Source: Candidatus Omnitrophota bacterium
GTDB taxonomy: Bacteria > Omnitrophota > Gorgyraeia > Zapsychrales > Fredricksoniimonadaceae
Direction of reading: 5' to 3'
Assembly (NCBI GenBank): GCA_903860135.1
Contig: CAIOPG010000004.1
Location: 21,558-85,557, forward strand
DNA length: 64,000 nt
Shown here: piece after piece, positions 20,490-29,766 of the stretch
Position numbering within the stretch: the first letter of the stretch is position 1
How the letters are laid out: each line of letters starts with the position of its first letter
Program-made: the position numbers and the translations under genes
Notes under the pieces: model-generated
Seen by the model: the letters and a program-made list of their open reading frames with translations, nothing else
Database searches by the model: none
Told to the model about the DNA's origin: nothing

Positions 20490-20807
20490 ATGACACACAA
20501 GCTCACAGCAATTATTGAACGCGAAGGTAATGGATATGTAGCATTATGCCCGGAACTTGATATCGCCAGCCAGGGCGATACGATTGAAATGGCACGCACC
20601 AATATCAAAGAAGCCGTTGAACTCTTTATCGATCATGCCTCCTCCAAAGAAATCGCCAGTCGGCTCCATGGTGAAATCTACGTAACCCAGTTTGAAGTTT
20701 CTCATGCAGTCACCCAACCAGGCAACGGCGTCTTTGTTGCTTTGGAATATAATGTCTCAGGCGCTATGTCAATGTTATCCGGCCAGCACAAAACGCCAAT
20801 TTCATGA
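20490..20807 (+). CDS. hicB: HicB-like (UPF0150) antitoxin with a read-through C-terminus
   Basis: LTAIIEREGNGYVALCPELDIASQGDTIEMA..NIKEAVELF. The family-like part ends near 20707; the rest is antisense to the DUF2442 gene. Confidence 0.85.
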   Translation: MTHKLTAIIEREGNGYVALCPELDIASQGDTIEMARTNIKEAVELFIDHASSKEIASRLHGEIYVTQFEVSHAVTQPGNGVFVALEYNVSGAMSMLSGQHKTPIS

Positions 20808-20971
20808 TTAATATAAAATTTCCTGAAGAAATTAATGTCTTTGAATTTCTCAAAAACACCCTTCTTCTGCTGATAGGACTGAAAATCAACCACGCCGCCT
20901 TTCCCATCTTCAAAGAGGACATTTATTTTATAATCATGACAATACGTAGCTGACTTAATATCGTAGTACAT
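20702..20971 (-). CDS. DUF2442 family protein (putative antitoxin)
   Basis: YKINVLFEDG..GVVDF, GVFEKFKD..FF, LCWPDNIDIAPETLY. Confidence 0.88.
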   Translation of the reverse strand: MYYDIKSATYCHDYKINVLFEDGKGGVVDFQSYQQKKGVFEKFKDINFFRKFYINHEIGVLCWPDNIDIAPETLYSKATKTPLPGWVTA

Positions 20972-20980
20972 AACAAAGCC

Positions 20981-21241
20981 TCATTTCAACGGCATGATTT
21001 TCTTTGGCACCTGATTTATTCGCGCCAATTCCCAATCTTCCATTAACTCCTTCTTATGCTGTGACGCCCATTCAATCACAAGCCCTAAGGCTCTTGGTGC
21101 CATTTGACCTTCCAAGATCGCTAATGCATCGATACTGACAATAACATTTTCATCCCCATACCGAGCATGAAAATGTGGTGGATTATGGTCATCGTAATAC
21201 ATCGCAACGATAATTCCGAAAAACCTGGATATCTCAGGCAT
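20981..21241 (-). CDS. DUF4160 family protein (putative toxin)
   Basis: MPEISRFFGIIVAMYYDDHNPPHFHARY, LVIEWASQHKKELMEDW; canonical partner of DUF2442. Confidence 0.9.
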   Translation of the reverse strand: MPEISRFFGIIVAMYYDDHNPPHFHARYGDENVIVSIDALAILEGQMAPRALGLVIEWASQHKKELMEDWELARINQVPKKIMPLK

Positions 21242-21264
21242 CAACACCTCTTTTCCGTTCAAAC

Positions 21265-21284
21265 AAACCGGGACACACTACTTT
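21265..21284. repeat. 20-bp direct repeat, copy 2 (contains the TAG stop of the upstream ORF)
   Basis: AAACCGGGACACACTACTTT. Confidence 0.8.
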
Positions 21285-21472
21285 TCCAACAACGCAGTTA
21301 TCTGCCCTGCATCCACATAATCGGAAGGCTTGGAATTATGTTCACGTTTCATGGCCAATCGGATTAAGAGCATATCATCCAATACATCAACAAGCGCCTT
21401 CATGCCGGAATGTATTTCCAAAACACCACGCTGCTTCTGCCCAAAAATGGTCGTCGCTGGTTTCATTCTCAT
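21278..21472 (-). CDS. Small hypothetical protein, antitoxin-like C-terminus
   Basis: 64 aa with a GGAG RBS. LDDMLLIRLAMKRE...DYV resembles antitoxin neutralising tails; no toxin partner follows. Confidence 0.5.
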   Translation of the reverse strand: MRMKPATTIFGQKQRGVLEIHSGMKALVDVLDDMLLIRLAMKREHNSKPSDYVDAGQITALLEK

Positions 21473-21555
21473 GCTCACTCCATATGCGTAAATATAACAC
21501 AAATCATACACAAGAAATAATTTGTTTTACACCCCCATATTAAGTCGCGACACCA

Positions 21556-22722
21556 CTACTCCTCCGCACGCTCAACCACGGTCCCCGCCTTGGCGCAGGC
21601 GTGGGAATAAATCCATTCGAATTTGAAGAAGCCACTGCCGGTTGTTATCTCACAGGGGTCATTGACCTCAAGCCGGCTATACTCCCCATGCGGCACACTG
21701 AAACTATACGTGGCAATAGCGGGCGTCCATGACGATGTCCTGATGTAATAGGTGGTGCTGTTCCTGGAGCGTGACGTATGTTTGCCGATAATCCTGACCT
21801 GATGAGGCTCCTTCACAGAAGTGTCCTGAGTACCGTTGATGACCATCATCCCGCCCCAGCCTAAAGCCCCGATGCCGATCACGCCGGCGAGCACGGTGGC
21901 GCTGAAAACGCGCACGGCGGTTGATGTGCCTTTAACCGCGGAAATGATATACACCACAAAAAGCCCGGCGCAAAGAACGCTGCCGCGCAGTGACACCATG
22001 AACACATGAGACGGAACGACCGGGGAAAAACTGACAAACCCCCAAACAACAGACGCTATCCCGGCTATCAAGAAAAATATCCCCGCGCCGATCATGAATG
22101 CCGTCAGCGAACGGTTGGCATCGGAAAGGGGGGTCGCTGAAACCTGCCCCGGCTCAGGTGCCGGCATCCCCGCTGTCAATGCTGCCAGAGACATTGCCGC
22201 CGCTGTCATCTCGGCCTCCTGCGCCCGCCACGCTGTATCGCACGGCGTTTTAACCATGGTGCAGGTGCGCCCGTTGATCTCGAATGAATTAAACGTCCTG
22301 AGTATATTCCTCAAATGATCCCGCGCCTCCGGGGAATTCAGGAACTGTTCGACAAAAGACTGGTCTTCGCACTCCACATAGACCATGCTGTCAAACGAAG
22401 GGTCGCGCAACTCGATCTCGCGGGAGAAACCGATATTCTTGGCCAAACGATCCACCTCATTCTCAAGGCGAAAAAGGGCATGCGCAAAGAAATTCCCGGT
22501 CAAGCTGGCCCGAAGCTTCGCCGGCGTATTCTTGCTCCTGGGCGTATAATGAAACTTAACGCTCTGCCCCGCCGCATTAAAAAGACCCCGATCCAGCCAA
22601 CCGGTAGAACCCGTGCCTGATTTGAACTGTGCCATAAGATCAGGATTATTGGCCATGAATCGCGCCGCGACCACCACGGCGATCAACGTCGAAGAAATGA
22701 ACATCAACATAATGACAGGCAT
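21556..22722 (-). CDS. Hypothetical multi-pass membrane protein
   Basis: 388 aa; N-terminal TM, soluble domain (ELRDPSFDSMVYV), three TMs and a C-terminal beta domain; AAGGAG RBS. Confidence 0.8.
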   Translation of the reverse strand: MPVIMLMFISSTLIAVVVAARFMANNPDLMAQFKSGTGSTGWLDRGLFNAAGQSVKFHYTPRSKNTPAKLRASLTGNFFAHALFRLENEVDRLAKNIGFSREIELRDPSFDSMVYVECEDQSFVEQFLNSPEARDHLRNILRTFNSFEINGRTCTMVKTPCDTAWRAQEAEMTAAAMSLAALTAGMPAPEPGQVSATPLSDANRSLTAFMIGAGIFFLIAGIASVVWGFVSFSPVVPSHVFMVSLRGSVLCAGLFVVYIISAVKGTSTAVRVFSATVLAGVIGIGALGWGGMMVINGTQDTSVKEPHQVRIIGKHTSRSRNSTTYYIRTSSWTPAIATYSFSVPHGEYSRLEVNDPCEITTGSGFFKFEWIYSHACAKAGTVVERAEE

Positions 22723-22755
22723 GCTCGCTCCTTGGGTATTCTCTCAATCAAGAAA

Positions 22756-23559
22756 TTACGCTCCGACGATGGTGATCCTGAAACGATTGGCAAGCTTGAT
22801 GGTGGCCGTGCGGTCAATGATAAGGGTTTTCCCGGCCTCGATGGCAAGGCATGACGCACCGGCTTGCTTCATGGTGTGAATGGTCCGAGGGCCGATGACA
22901 GGAACGTCAAAACGAGGATCTTGCTTCGGCTTGGATGTCTTTACAACTACCGCATTACCGCGGGCGATCTTCCCACCGCGCACGATCGCCCGATCCGTGC
23001 CTTCCATGGCCTCGATGGCCACGATCGCCCGCCCCTGAATAACAACCGTCTGGCCGATATCCAGTCCACCCATCTGCTTGGCGATGGCGCGGCCAAATTC
23101 GATGTCCGCAAGCTCTGCGAGCGTCGGAGCGCGGCGTGTGAGGGTGCCGTGCGGGGCAAGAAAGTCTTTTAAAAGAAGTGTGGAATCCAAAAGCTCCATG
23201 CCTTCGGCGGCCAGGCGTTCGGCAATAGCACCAAAGATCGTATCACAGCGACGGTCGGCGAGGGCATCGAAAAGACGGCGGAATTCCTCATCCACCGGAA
23301 GGTCCTTCCGAAAGAGATTCGCCGGATTGACCTGACCGGCCATGAGCACCTGCCTAATCCCGCCCACGCGAAAATATTCAAAAAGTTTTTTCAATTCCCC
23401 AGGGGAAAACCAGCGGACTTCATCAACAAAGAAAGGAATGAACCACGACGTATCACCCTTGACCGCAGCGACCACGACACGGATCCCCTGCTGACGGGCG
23501 GCACGCGCGAACATCAGCGGGAACGCCCCATTGCCAGCAATAAGGCCGATCGTTTTCAT
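22756..23559 (-). CDS. lpxI: UDP-2,3-diacylglucosamine diphosphatase LpxI
   Basis: IGLIAGNGAFP, LDIGQTVV, AIEAMEGTD, KPKQDPRFDVPVIG. Confidence 0.95.
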   Translation of the reverse strand: MKTIGLIAGNGAFPLMFARAARQQGIRVVVAAVKGDTSWFIPFFVDEVRWFSPGELKKLFEYFRVGGIRQVLMAGQVNPANLFRKDLPVDEEFRRLFDALADRRCDTIFGAIAERLAAEGMELLDSTLLLKDFLAPHGTLTRRAPTLAELADIEFGRAIAKQMGGLDIGQTVVIQGRAIVAIEAMEGTDRAIVRGGKIARGNAVVVKTSKPKQDPRFDVPVIGPRTIHTMKQAGASCLAIEAGKTLIIDRTATIKLANRFRITIVGA

Positions 23560-24365
23560 TCTTCAGAAGAAGGGTCTTTGGCCGAACCGCACAGGCCGCG
23601 CTGAGATGCGCCGGCAAAATCAACAAGATGCCCGACCTCGGGAGTCTTGATCACGTCCTTCTGTATCTGCTCGATGGCACTCGACTTGGCAAGCCCGGAA
23701 TGAAAAAGGATACGGAACGCTTCTTTAAGGTGTTTCATGTTCGACGCGGTCATGCCCGCACGGCGCAAGCCGACGGCATTAATATTGTAAACCAGCGCCG
23801 GGCCGCCCACACACAAGGCATAAGGCGGGACATCCTGAATGACGCGCGAACAACCGCCGATCATGGCCATGGTGCCCAGGCGGCAAAACTGATGGATCGC
23901 CGTAAGCCCGCCGATGATCACGCGATCCTCGACCGTCACATGCCCGGCCAGCGTGCCTGAATTGGCGAACACACAATCATCCCCGACCCGGCAATCATGC
24001 GCCACATGCGCATAGGCCATGAAAAGATTATTATTCCCAATGCGCGTCAAGCCGCCGCCCTCGATGGTGCCGCGGTTGATGGTCACAAACTCGCGGAAAA
24101 TATTGTTCGCGCCGATCTCCAGGCACGTCTTGTCGAGGCGTTTGTGCTTCTTGTCCTGCGGATCGCCGCCGATAGCCGCATGGGGGAAAATCCTGGATCC
24201 ATTGCCGATGGTGGTCCAGCCACTCACATGCGCGTGCGCGCCGACTTCGACATCGTCGCCGAGGACCACTTCACCGTCGATCACCGCATAAGGTCCGATG
24301 ATGACATTGTCGCCCGTCTTAACAAGAGGCCCTACAACTGCCGTGGGATGTATCTGATGTGCCAT
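23556..24365 (-). CDS. lpxA: UDP-N-acetylglucosamine acyltransferase
   Basis: Hexapeptide repeats, PQDKK, REFVTINRGT, HVAHDC, HQFC, QDVPPY. Confidence 0.96.
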   Translation of the reverse strand: MAHQIHPTAVVGPLVKTGDNVIIGPYAVIDGEVVLGDDVEVGAHAHVSGWTTIGNGSRIFPHAAIGGDPQDKKHKRLDKTCLEIGANNIFREFVTINRGTIEGGGLTRIGNNNLFMAYAHVAHDCRVGDDCVFANSGTLAGHVTVEDRVIIGGLTAIHQFCRLGTMAMIGGCSRVIQDVPPYALCVGGPALVYNINAVGLRRAGMTASNMKHLKEAFRILFHSGLAKSSAIEQIQKDVIKTPEVGHLVDFAGASQRGLCGSAKDPSSEE

Positions 24366-25676
24366 TTATTCTCCAAAGGCAAAGCCCATCTCGGCTTCGC
24401 ACACAATCTGACCGTCCACCCTGCACACACCCTTGGCCTGCGCAATGCGTGAACGTGCTTTTGTAATTTCCACTTCCATCACCAGCTGATCGCCGGGCTC
24501 AACGATCTTGCGGAATCGGACCCCGTCAACCGACATATAAAACCCGATCTTGCCCAACAGCGCCGGCATCGACAAGAGCGTCACCGCCGCTACCTGCGCC
24601 ATGGCTTCGAGCATAAGCACTCCGGGCATCACCGGGCGTGCCGGAAAATGCCCCTGAAAAAAAGCCTCGTTCATCGTCACATTCTTGATCCCCACCCCGC
24701 GCTTGCCGGACTCCATCTCAACGATCCGGTCAACGAGAAGGAAGGGATAACGGTGCGGGATAATATTCATGATCCCGCGCACATCCATGGACGTGCCTTC
24801 TTTATATTCTACCTTAAAAAGATCCCGCCGGGCTTCATACCTGTTTTTTTGTTCCGCGATCTTCTTTAAAAGTTCACGATTAAGATTATGCCCGCTCTTG
24901 AACGCGAACACATGCCCTTTGATCGGCATACCCAACAGGAACAGATCACCAACACAATCCAGGATCTTGTGGCGCGCGGCCTCGTCGGAGAATCGCAACG
25001 TGTTATCCACCACCCCATCCGGCCCGAAGATCAGCGTATTAACTGTATTAGCGCCTTGGCCAAGTCCTTTGGCGAGCAGGGCATCCGCCTCTTCCTTGAG
25101 GCAAAATGTCCGGCACGGCGCAATCTCTTTTTCATAGGTCTCGGGAGTTACCGTCAAAGAAAGCGACTGCCGAAGCATCGGGTGCGGATATTCCAGCGCA
25201 TACGACACCTTGAAATCCTGCGCCGGGACGATCATAACTGAAGCCCCGTCCTTAAATACAGAGATCGGCTCCTTGATCTCCCAATAGATCTTTTCAGCTT
25301 CCAACGCCACAATACCGGCGACCTTCAGCGCCTTCACATATTCCACAGCACTGCCGTCCATGCCCGGCGGCTCATCCCCGTTCATTTCGATCGTGACATT
25401 GTCAATGCCAAGGCCGCACAAAGAACTCACCACATGCTCAACCGTATAAATGACGGTCGTGCCACTTTTTAACGCAGAATACCGGCCTGCGTCAGCGCCC
25501 ATGATAAGCGCCAGATCTCCGAGCTTCAACCGTGGCCGGCCTTCAATATCCGTGCGCACAAAATGAATGCCCTCACCGACAGCCGCTGGCTTGAACGTGA
25601 TCTGCACGGCATGGCCCGTGTGAAGCCCTCTACCGGACAGCGTAAATTCTTTTCCGATCGTATTTTGCTGGGTCAT
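24366..25676 (-). CDS. lpxC: Bifunctional LpxC/FabZ
   Basis: GRGLHTG, TVEH and HKILD (LpxC) fused to [10 protein letters not shown] and FFQGHFP..PVMPGVL (FabZ). Confidence 0.96.
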   Translation of the reverse strand: MTQQNTIGKEFTLSGRGLHTGHAVQITFKPAAVGEGIHFVRTDIEGRPRLKLGDLALIMGADAGRYSALKSGTTVIYTVEHVVSSLCGLGIDNVTIEMNGDEPPGMDGSAVEYVKALKVAGIVALEAEKIYWEIKEPISVFKDGASVMIVPAQDFKVSYALEYPHPMLRQSLSLTVTPETYEKEIAPCRTFCLKEEADALLAKGLGQGANTVNTLIFGPDGVVDNTLRFSDEAARHKILDCVGDLFLLGMPIKGHVFAFKSGHNLNRELLKKIAEQKNRYEARRDLFKVEYKEGTSMDVRGIMNIIPHRYPFLLVDRIVEMESGKRGVGIKNVTMNEAFFQGHFPARPVMPGVLMLEAMAQVAAVTLLSMPALLGKIGFYMSVDGVRFRKIVEPGDQLVMEVEITKARSRIAQAKGVCRVDGQIVCEAEMGFAFGE

Positions 25677-26707
25677 GCTCCCGATCTTCCTTCCAGAACC
25701 TTGATCCGTTGTTCGAGCTCTGCCAGCCGCGCCACATATTGCGGTAAGCGCCCGACAAGCCCCATTTCACGTACCGCCTGCTTATATTCCTGTGCCGGAG
25801 TCCCGAACATCTTGGCACCCGGAGGAACGTCCTTGGTGATGCCCGACTGAGCCGCCACCATGGCACCGTCTCCGACCTTCACATGCCCGGCAACACCCAC
25901 CTGCCCGGCAATGATGGCATTGTGCCCGATCGACGCACTGCCGGCAATGCCGGCCAGCGCAATGATAAAACAATTCTCGCCGATACGGACATTGTGCGCG
26001 ATCTGCACCAGATTGTCAATTTTAGTGCCACGCCCGATGAGTGTCTTGTCAAACCTTGCCCGGTCAATGGTAACACAGGCACCGATCTCGACATCATCCT
26101 CGATCACCACCGTCCCCATCTGCGGGATCTTATGATGCTTTCCCTCGATGGTCATATAACCAAAACCGTCCGACCCGATCACCGACCCGCTATGGATAAT
26201 GATCCGGTGGCCGAGCGTCACATCCTCACGGATGGTCACGTTCGGATAGATCAGGCAATCCGCCCCTATAACGGTCTTCTGCCCTACGAAAACACCGGCG
26301 CAAATGACCGTGTCGGAGCCAACCTTCACATCTTTTTCGATGACAACATTCGGTCCGATCCCCACACCGGCACCGATGACCGCCGAAGGATCAACGACCG
26401 CCGAAGGATGGATCCCAGCCATTTTAGGCGTAAGGTCTTCCTTGATCGCCGCTACCACTTTGGAGAAAGCGAGCGAAGGATTTTCCGTCTGAATAACAGA
26501 CTTGCCAACGACAACAACATCCAAGCCAACAATGATCGCTGAAGCCTCAGTCAACGAGGCCAACGGCAAGTATTTGGGATTGGCCAAGAAGGTCAGATCA
26601 CCCGCCTTGGCTTCCCTCATGCCACAAACACCTTTAATAAGAAGCGCGCCGTCACCGACGACGCGCCCCCCTGTATCTTTAGCAATTTCCGACAAGCTTT
26701 TTTGCAT
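25673..26707 (-). CDS. lpxD: UDP-3-O-acylglucosamine N-acyltransferase
   Basis: [34 protein letters not shown]. Confidence 0.96.
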   Translation of the reverse strand: MQKSLSEIAKDTGGRVVGDGALLIKGVCGMREAKAGDLTFLANPKYLPLASLTEASAIIVGLDVVVVGKSVIQTENPSLAFSKVVAAIKEDLTPKMAGIHPSAVVDPSAVIGAGVGIGPNVVIEKDVKVGSDTVICAGVFVGQKTVIGADCLIYPNVTIREDVTLGHRIIIHSGSVIGSDGFGYMTIEGKHHKIPQMGTVVIEDDVEIGACVTIDRARFDKTLIGRGTKIDNLVQIAHNVRIGENCFIIALAGIAGSASIGHNAIIAGQVGVAGHVKVGDGAMVAAQSGITKDVPPGAKMFGTPAQEYKQAVREMGLVGRLPQYVARLAELEQRIKVLEGRSGA

Positions 26708-26717
26708 GAAAACCCAG

Positions 26718-27254
26718 TTATTTCTTGACCTGCGCCTGCTTATAAGCGTCATTTAATCCGGCCAAGATCGGCTCGGTAATGTTCATATTATCCGCACCAT
26801 AAATAAGCACGCGATCGTTAAACACAAAAGAATACCCTTCTTTCTTGGCGTACTCGCTCACGACTTTCTCGATCTCCATGAGGATCTCACGCACCCGCTC
26901 ATCACGCGCCTTATTAAGATCCGTGCGTTTTTGCTGATCGAACGCCTTGAGTTCATTGGTCAACTTTTCGACATCTTTATCGGTCTTGGCTTTTTCATTC
27001 TCTTTCAATGCCGCAGACTTGCCCTGAAGTTCGCGGATAGCCTCGATCTTCTTATTGCGTTCTTCCTGGAACTTCGCATTATCCGCTTCAAGGACCTTGT
27101 CATAAACCTTGGTCCTTTCATACTCATCAAACACGCGGCTTAAATTCACAAACGCAACCTTGCCTTTAAAATCCTGCGCTTGGACCTGAGGAACCGCAAA
27201 AATACCCACCAACATCACAACCAACGCCACAACCAACCCTTTCAACGAACGCAT
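26718..27254 (-). CDS. skp: Skp/OmpH periplasmic chaperone
   Basis: Signal peptide, KVAFVNL..VF, coiled coil, [11 protein letters not shown]; bamA-skp-lpxD order. Confidence 0.92.
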   Translation of the reverse strand: MRSLKGLVVALVVMLVGIFAVPQVQAQDFKGKVAFVNLSRVFDEYERTKVYDKVLEADNAKFQEERNKKIEAIRELQGKSAALKENEKAKTDKDVEKLTNELKAFDQQKRTDLNKARDERVREILMEIEKVVSEYAKKEGYSFVFNDRVLIYGADNMNITEPILAGLNDAYKQAQVKK

Positions 27255-27291
27255 AACCCCTCCTTTTTGGTGTATACAAAAAAATACTATA

Positions 27292-29718
27292 CTAAAAACC
27301 ACGACTTACGCTAAAGTAAAATTTTCCACTGCTACGGCTGTCTTTCCCCGGCTCCTTATCTAGCGGGATCCCATAATCAAGTTTCATCGGGCCAATGGGC
27401 GTTTTGACACGAAAGCCAAGCCCGTACCCGGAATACATCTTGTTTGTCAGCACGTCGGAAGATTTCGCCGACACATTCCCCATATCATAGAAAACAGCCA
27501 TTTTGATCACTTCAACCATCGGGATCGTATATTCTACCGTACCAACAACGATCGCATTGCCACCAATGGAATCTTGCGTATTAGCGTCCACCGGACCGAT
27601 CGCGCGCTCGCTGTAACCGCGAATTGACTGCGCGCCACCTGCAAAATAACGCTCGAAGATCGGGACTTTCGCCGAGTTGCCGTAAGCATCCACCATGCCC
27701 GCACGTGCGCTCAGTTCAACAACGGAATTGAATTTCAACGGCACATAGTACGCCGCGTTCGTTTCCAGACGGTAAAAATCCTTATCTCCGCCCAAGGGTC
27801 CGCCGGCAACATCAGACGCCACCGTACCGACCCAGCCTTTGGTCGGCGAAAGTGTGCTGTCGCGATGGTCGTTGGTCAATGAAGCCCCGACCGAACTGAC
27901 CGTGTTTTTCCCAACCTCGGCCTGTAAATCCGTAGAAACCCCGGTCTGCATATTGCTAATATTGATATTTTCAATACGGTAATAACCTGCTGTGGAAAGA
28001 TAATCCGTAAGCTCCTTGCCGGCGCGCAACTTTAACCCGGTACGCGTCTGGTCATAGGCATACCCGGTATTGCTGGCGCGCTGGTACTGCATGCGATAAA
28101 GATCAAACCCGCCGGATACCGGATAATCAAACAACCACGGCTCGGTGAAAGACAACATCTCGTTGTTCTTGGTGGAACCAACCTCCGCGCGCATCGAAAC
28201 CCTCTGACCGCCGCCCGTGAACGTGGGCCAGTTGGCAAAATCGAAATTCTTTTGCTCGACCTCGACAAACCCGAGAAGGCTGTCAACGGTGGAATAACCG
28301 CCGCCGAAACTGAATGACCCTGTCTTGGCTTCTTTCACCTCGACCAGAAGATCCTTCTCGTCGGGCACCGTCGTGTCTTGAATGTCAAAATTGACATCCT
28401 CAAAATACCCCAGGTTGTTCAGTCGTTCCTTGCTCCGACGCAACTTGACGCCGTCAAACTGGTCGCCGGGATACATGCGAAGTTCACGCCGGATGACTAT
28501 ATCCCTAGTCTGCGTATTGCCCTGCACCTGGATCTTGTTGATGTAAGCCAGCCCGCCCTCCTGAATATCCAGAGTGATATCCACCTGACCGTTGTCGGGA
28601 TTTAACGATGTCGCTTCATTGATTTTCGCAAAGATGTAACCCTTATCAAAATAAAGCGAACGAATATTGGCCACATCATCGGCCAGGCGAACCTTGGAGA
28701 ATATCTTGCCGTTTCTGATATCTTTCATGACCGTCTCTATCTCCAGAGACGTGATGATCGCATTGCCTGTTATAACCACATTCCCAACAAAATACTGCTT
28801 GCCTTCGCTCACATTCACATCCACATTGACCAGCCCGCGTTTGAGCTGTTCAACCCCGTAACCAGCCTTAGCGTCGATATAGCCGTTCTTCTCGTAGAAA
28901 GCCTGAATGCGATCCATGTCCTCAGCCAAAACATCATCCTTCAAATAGCCGGAATTAAAAATCCATGCCGGACGGGATTTCATAACCTTAATGACCTTTG
29001 CACCACTATAAGCCGCATTTCCCAGCACCTTGATCTTGTGAATGCGGACACGGTAACCCTCCCGTATGATCACATGCAGGGTCACTTTATTCGTTGTGGT
29101 ATTCAGAAAATCCTCTACCTTGACCTCAACCTGGGTCATGCCCTTCTTGACATAAAGTTCCTTGATCGTATTGATGTCATCATTCAATGATTTCTTGTCG
29201 AAGAATTTCCCGGGCTGAGTCTTGATCTTGGAAAGGATGACTTTGTTATTGTAATAACGAATTTTTGAAAAAGTTATCTTGTCGACGATCGGCTTCTCTT
29301 CGAGATAAAGGATAACCTTCAAGCCGTCCGCTTCTTCTTGGCGGTCAACGCGCACATCCGAAAAATAACCTGTATTGTAAAGCCTTTTGAGATCGTCTGA
29401 AATGACCGTCTGCCGGTATTCCAGGCCAACGCGCGTCTTGATCCGGCTCAGGATCGTTGCTATGCCGATCGACTTGTTGCCCTGGATATCGATCGACCGC
29501 ACAATCTTGCCGACAGGCACAGCTTCGCTTGCTGGTTCATACGAAGCCGGCGCCGACTGGCTAATCAGTGCTTCATCTGCCGTGGCAGATTCAACGGCGT
29601 CCAAGGCGGCATTAACAGCCGATGGATCTGTTGTATCTTCCGCGCGGACAAACCCGGCCCCCATTAAAAGTAAGAATAAGATAGAAATACTAATGTAGGA
29701 GTAAGATGATTTTTTCAT
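27292..29718 (-). CDS. bamA: Outer membrane protein assembly factor BamA
   Basis: POTRA repeats, GNTQTRDIVIRRE, IRGY motif, TPIGPMKLDYG, terminal Phe. Confidence 0.97.
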   Translation of the reverse strand: MKKSSYSYISISILFLLLMGAGFVRAEDTTDPSAVNAALDAVESATADEALISQSAPASYEPASEAVPVGKIVRSIDIQGNKSIGIATILSRIKTRVGLEYRQTVISDDLKRLYNTGYFSDVRVDRQEEADGLKVILYLEEKPIVDKITFSKIRYYNNKVILSKIKTQPGKFFDKKSLNDDINTIKELYVKKGMTQVEVKVEDFLNTTTNKVTLHVIIREGYRVRIHKIKVLGNAAYSGAKVIKVMKSRPAWIFNSGYLKDDVLAEDMDRIQAFYEKNGYIDAKAGYGVEQLKRGLVNVDVNVSEGKQYFVGNVVITGNAIITSLEIETVMKDIRNGKIFSKVRLADDVANIRSLYFDKGYIFAKINEATSLNPDNGQVDITLDIQEGGLAYINKIQVQGNTQTRDIVIRRELRMYPGDQFDGVKLRRSKERLNNLGYFEDVNFDIQDTTVPDEKDLLVEVKEAKTGSFSFGGGYSTVDSLLGFVEVEQKNFDFANWPTFTGGGQRVSMRAEVGSTKNNEMLSFTEPWLFDYPVSGGFDLYRMQYQRASNTGYAYDQTRTGLKLRAGKELTDYLSTAGYYRIENINISNMQTGVSTDLQAEVGKNTVSSVGASLTNDHRDSTLSPTKGWVGTVASDVAGGPLGGDKDFYRLETNAAYYVPLKFNSVVELSARAGMVDAYGNSAKVPIFERYFAGGAQSIRGYSERAIGPVDANTQDSIGGNAIVVGTVEYTIPMVEVIKMAVFYDMGNVSAKSSDVLTNKMYSGYGLGFRVKTPIGPMKLDYGIPLDKEPGKDSRSSGKFYFSVSRGF

Positions 29719-29726
29719 AGAAATGA

Positions 29727-29755
29727 ATTATACTTTCCTTGCTCTTGCCTGTCAA
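29727..29755 (-). promoter_or_regulatory. Consensus sigma70 promoter of the bamA-lpx operon
   Basis: TTGACA-17 bp-TATAAT ending 8 nt before the bamA ATG. Confidence 0.85.
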
Positions 29756-29766
29756 AACGTATCTGT

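Noticed and set aside
20300-21560. Integron or pdif array
   Set aside because: No intI gene, no RYYYAAC...GTTRRRY attC structure and no XerC/XerD dif consensus were recognised.
24366-25676. LpxC-FabZ fusion as a novelty
   Set aside because: Already well known in Bacteroidota, Chlorobi and several other diderm phyla.
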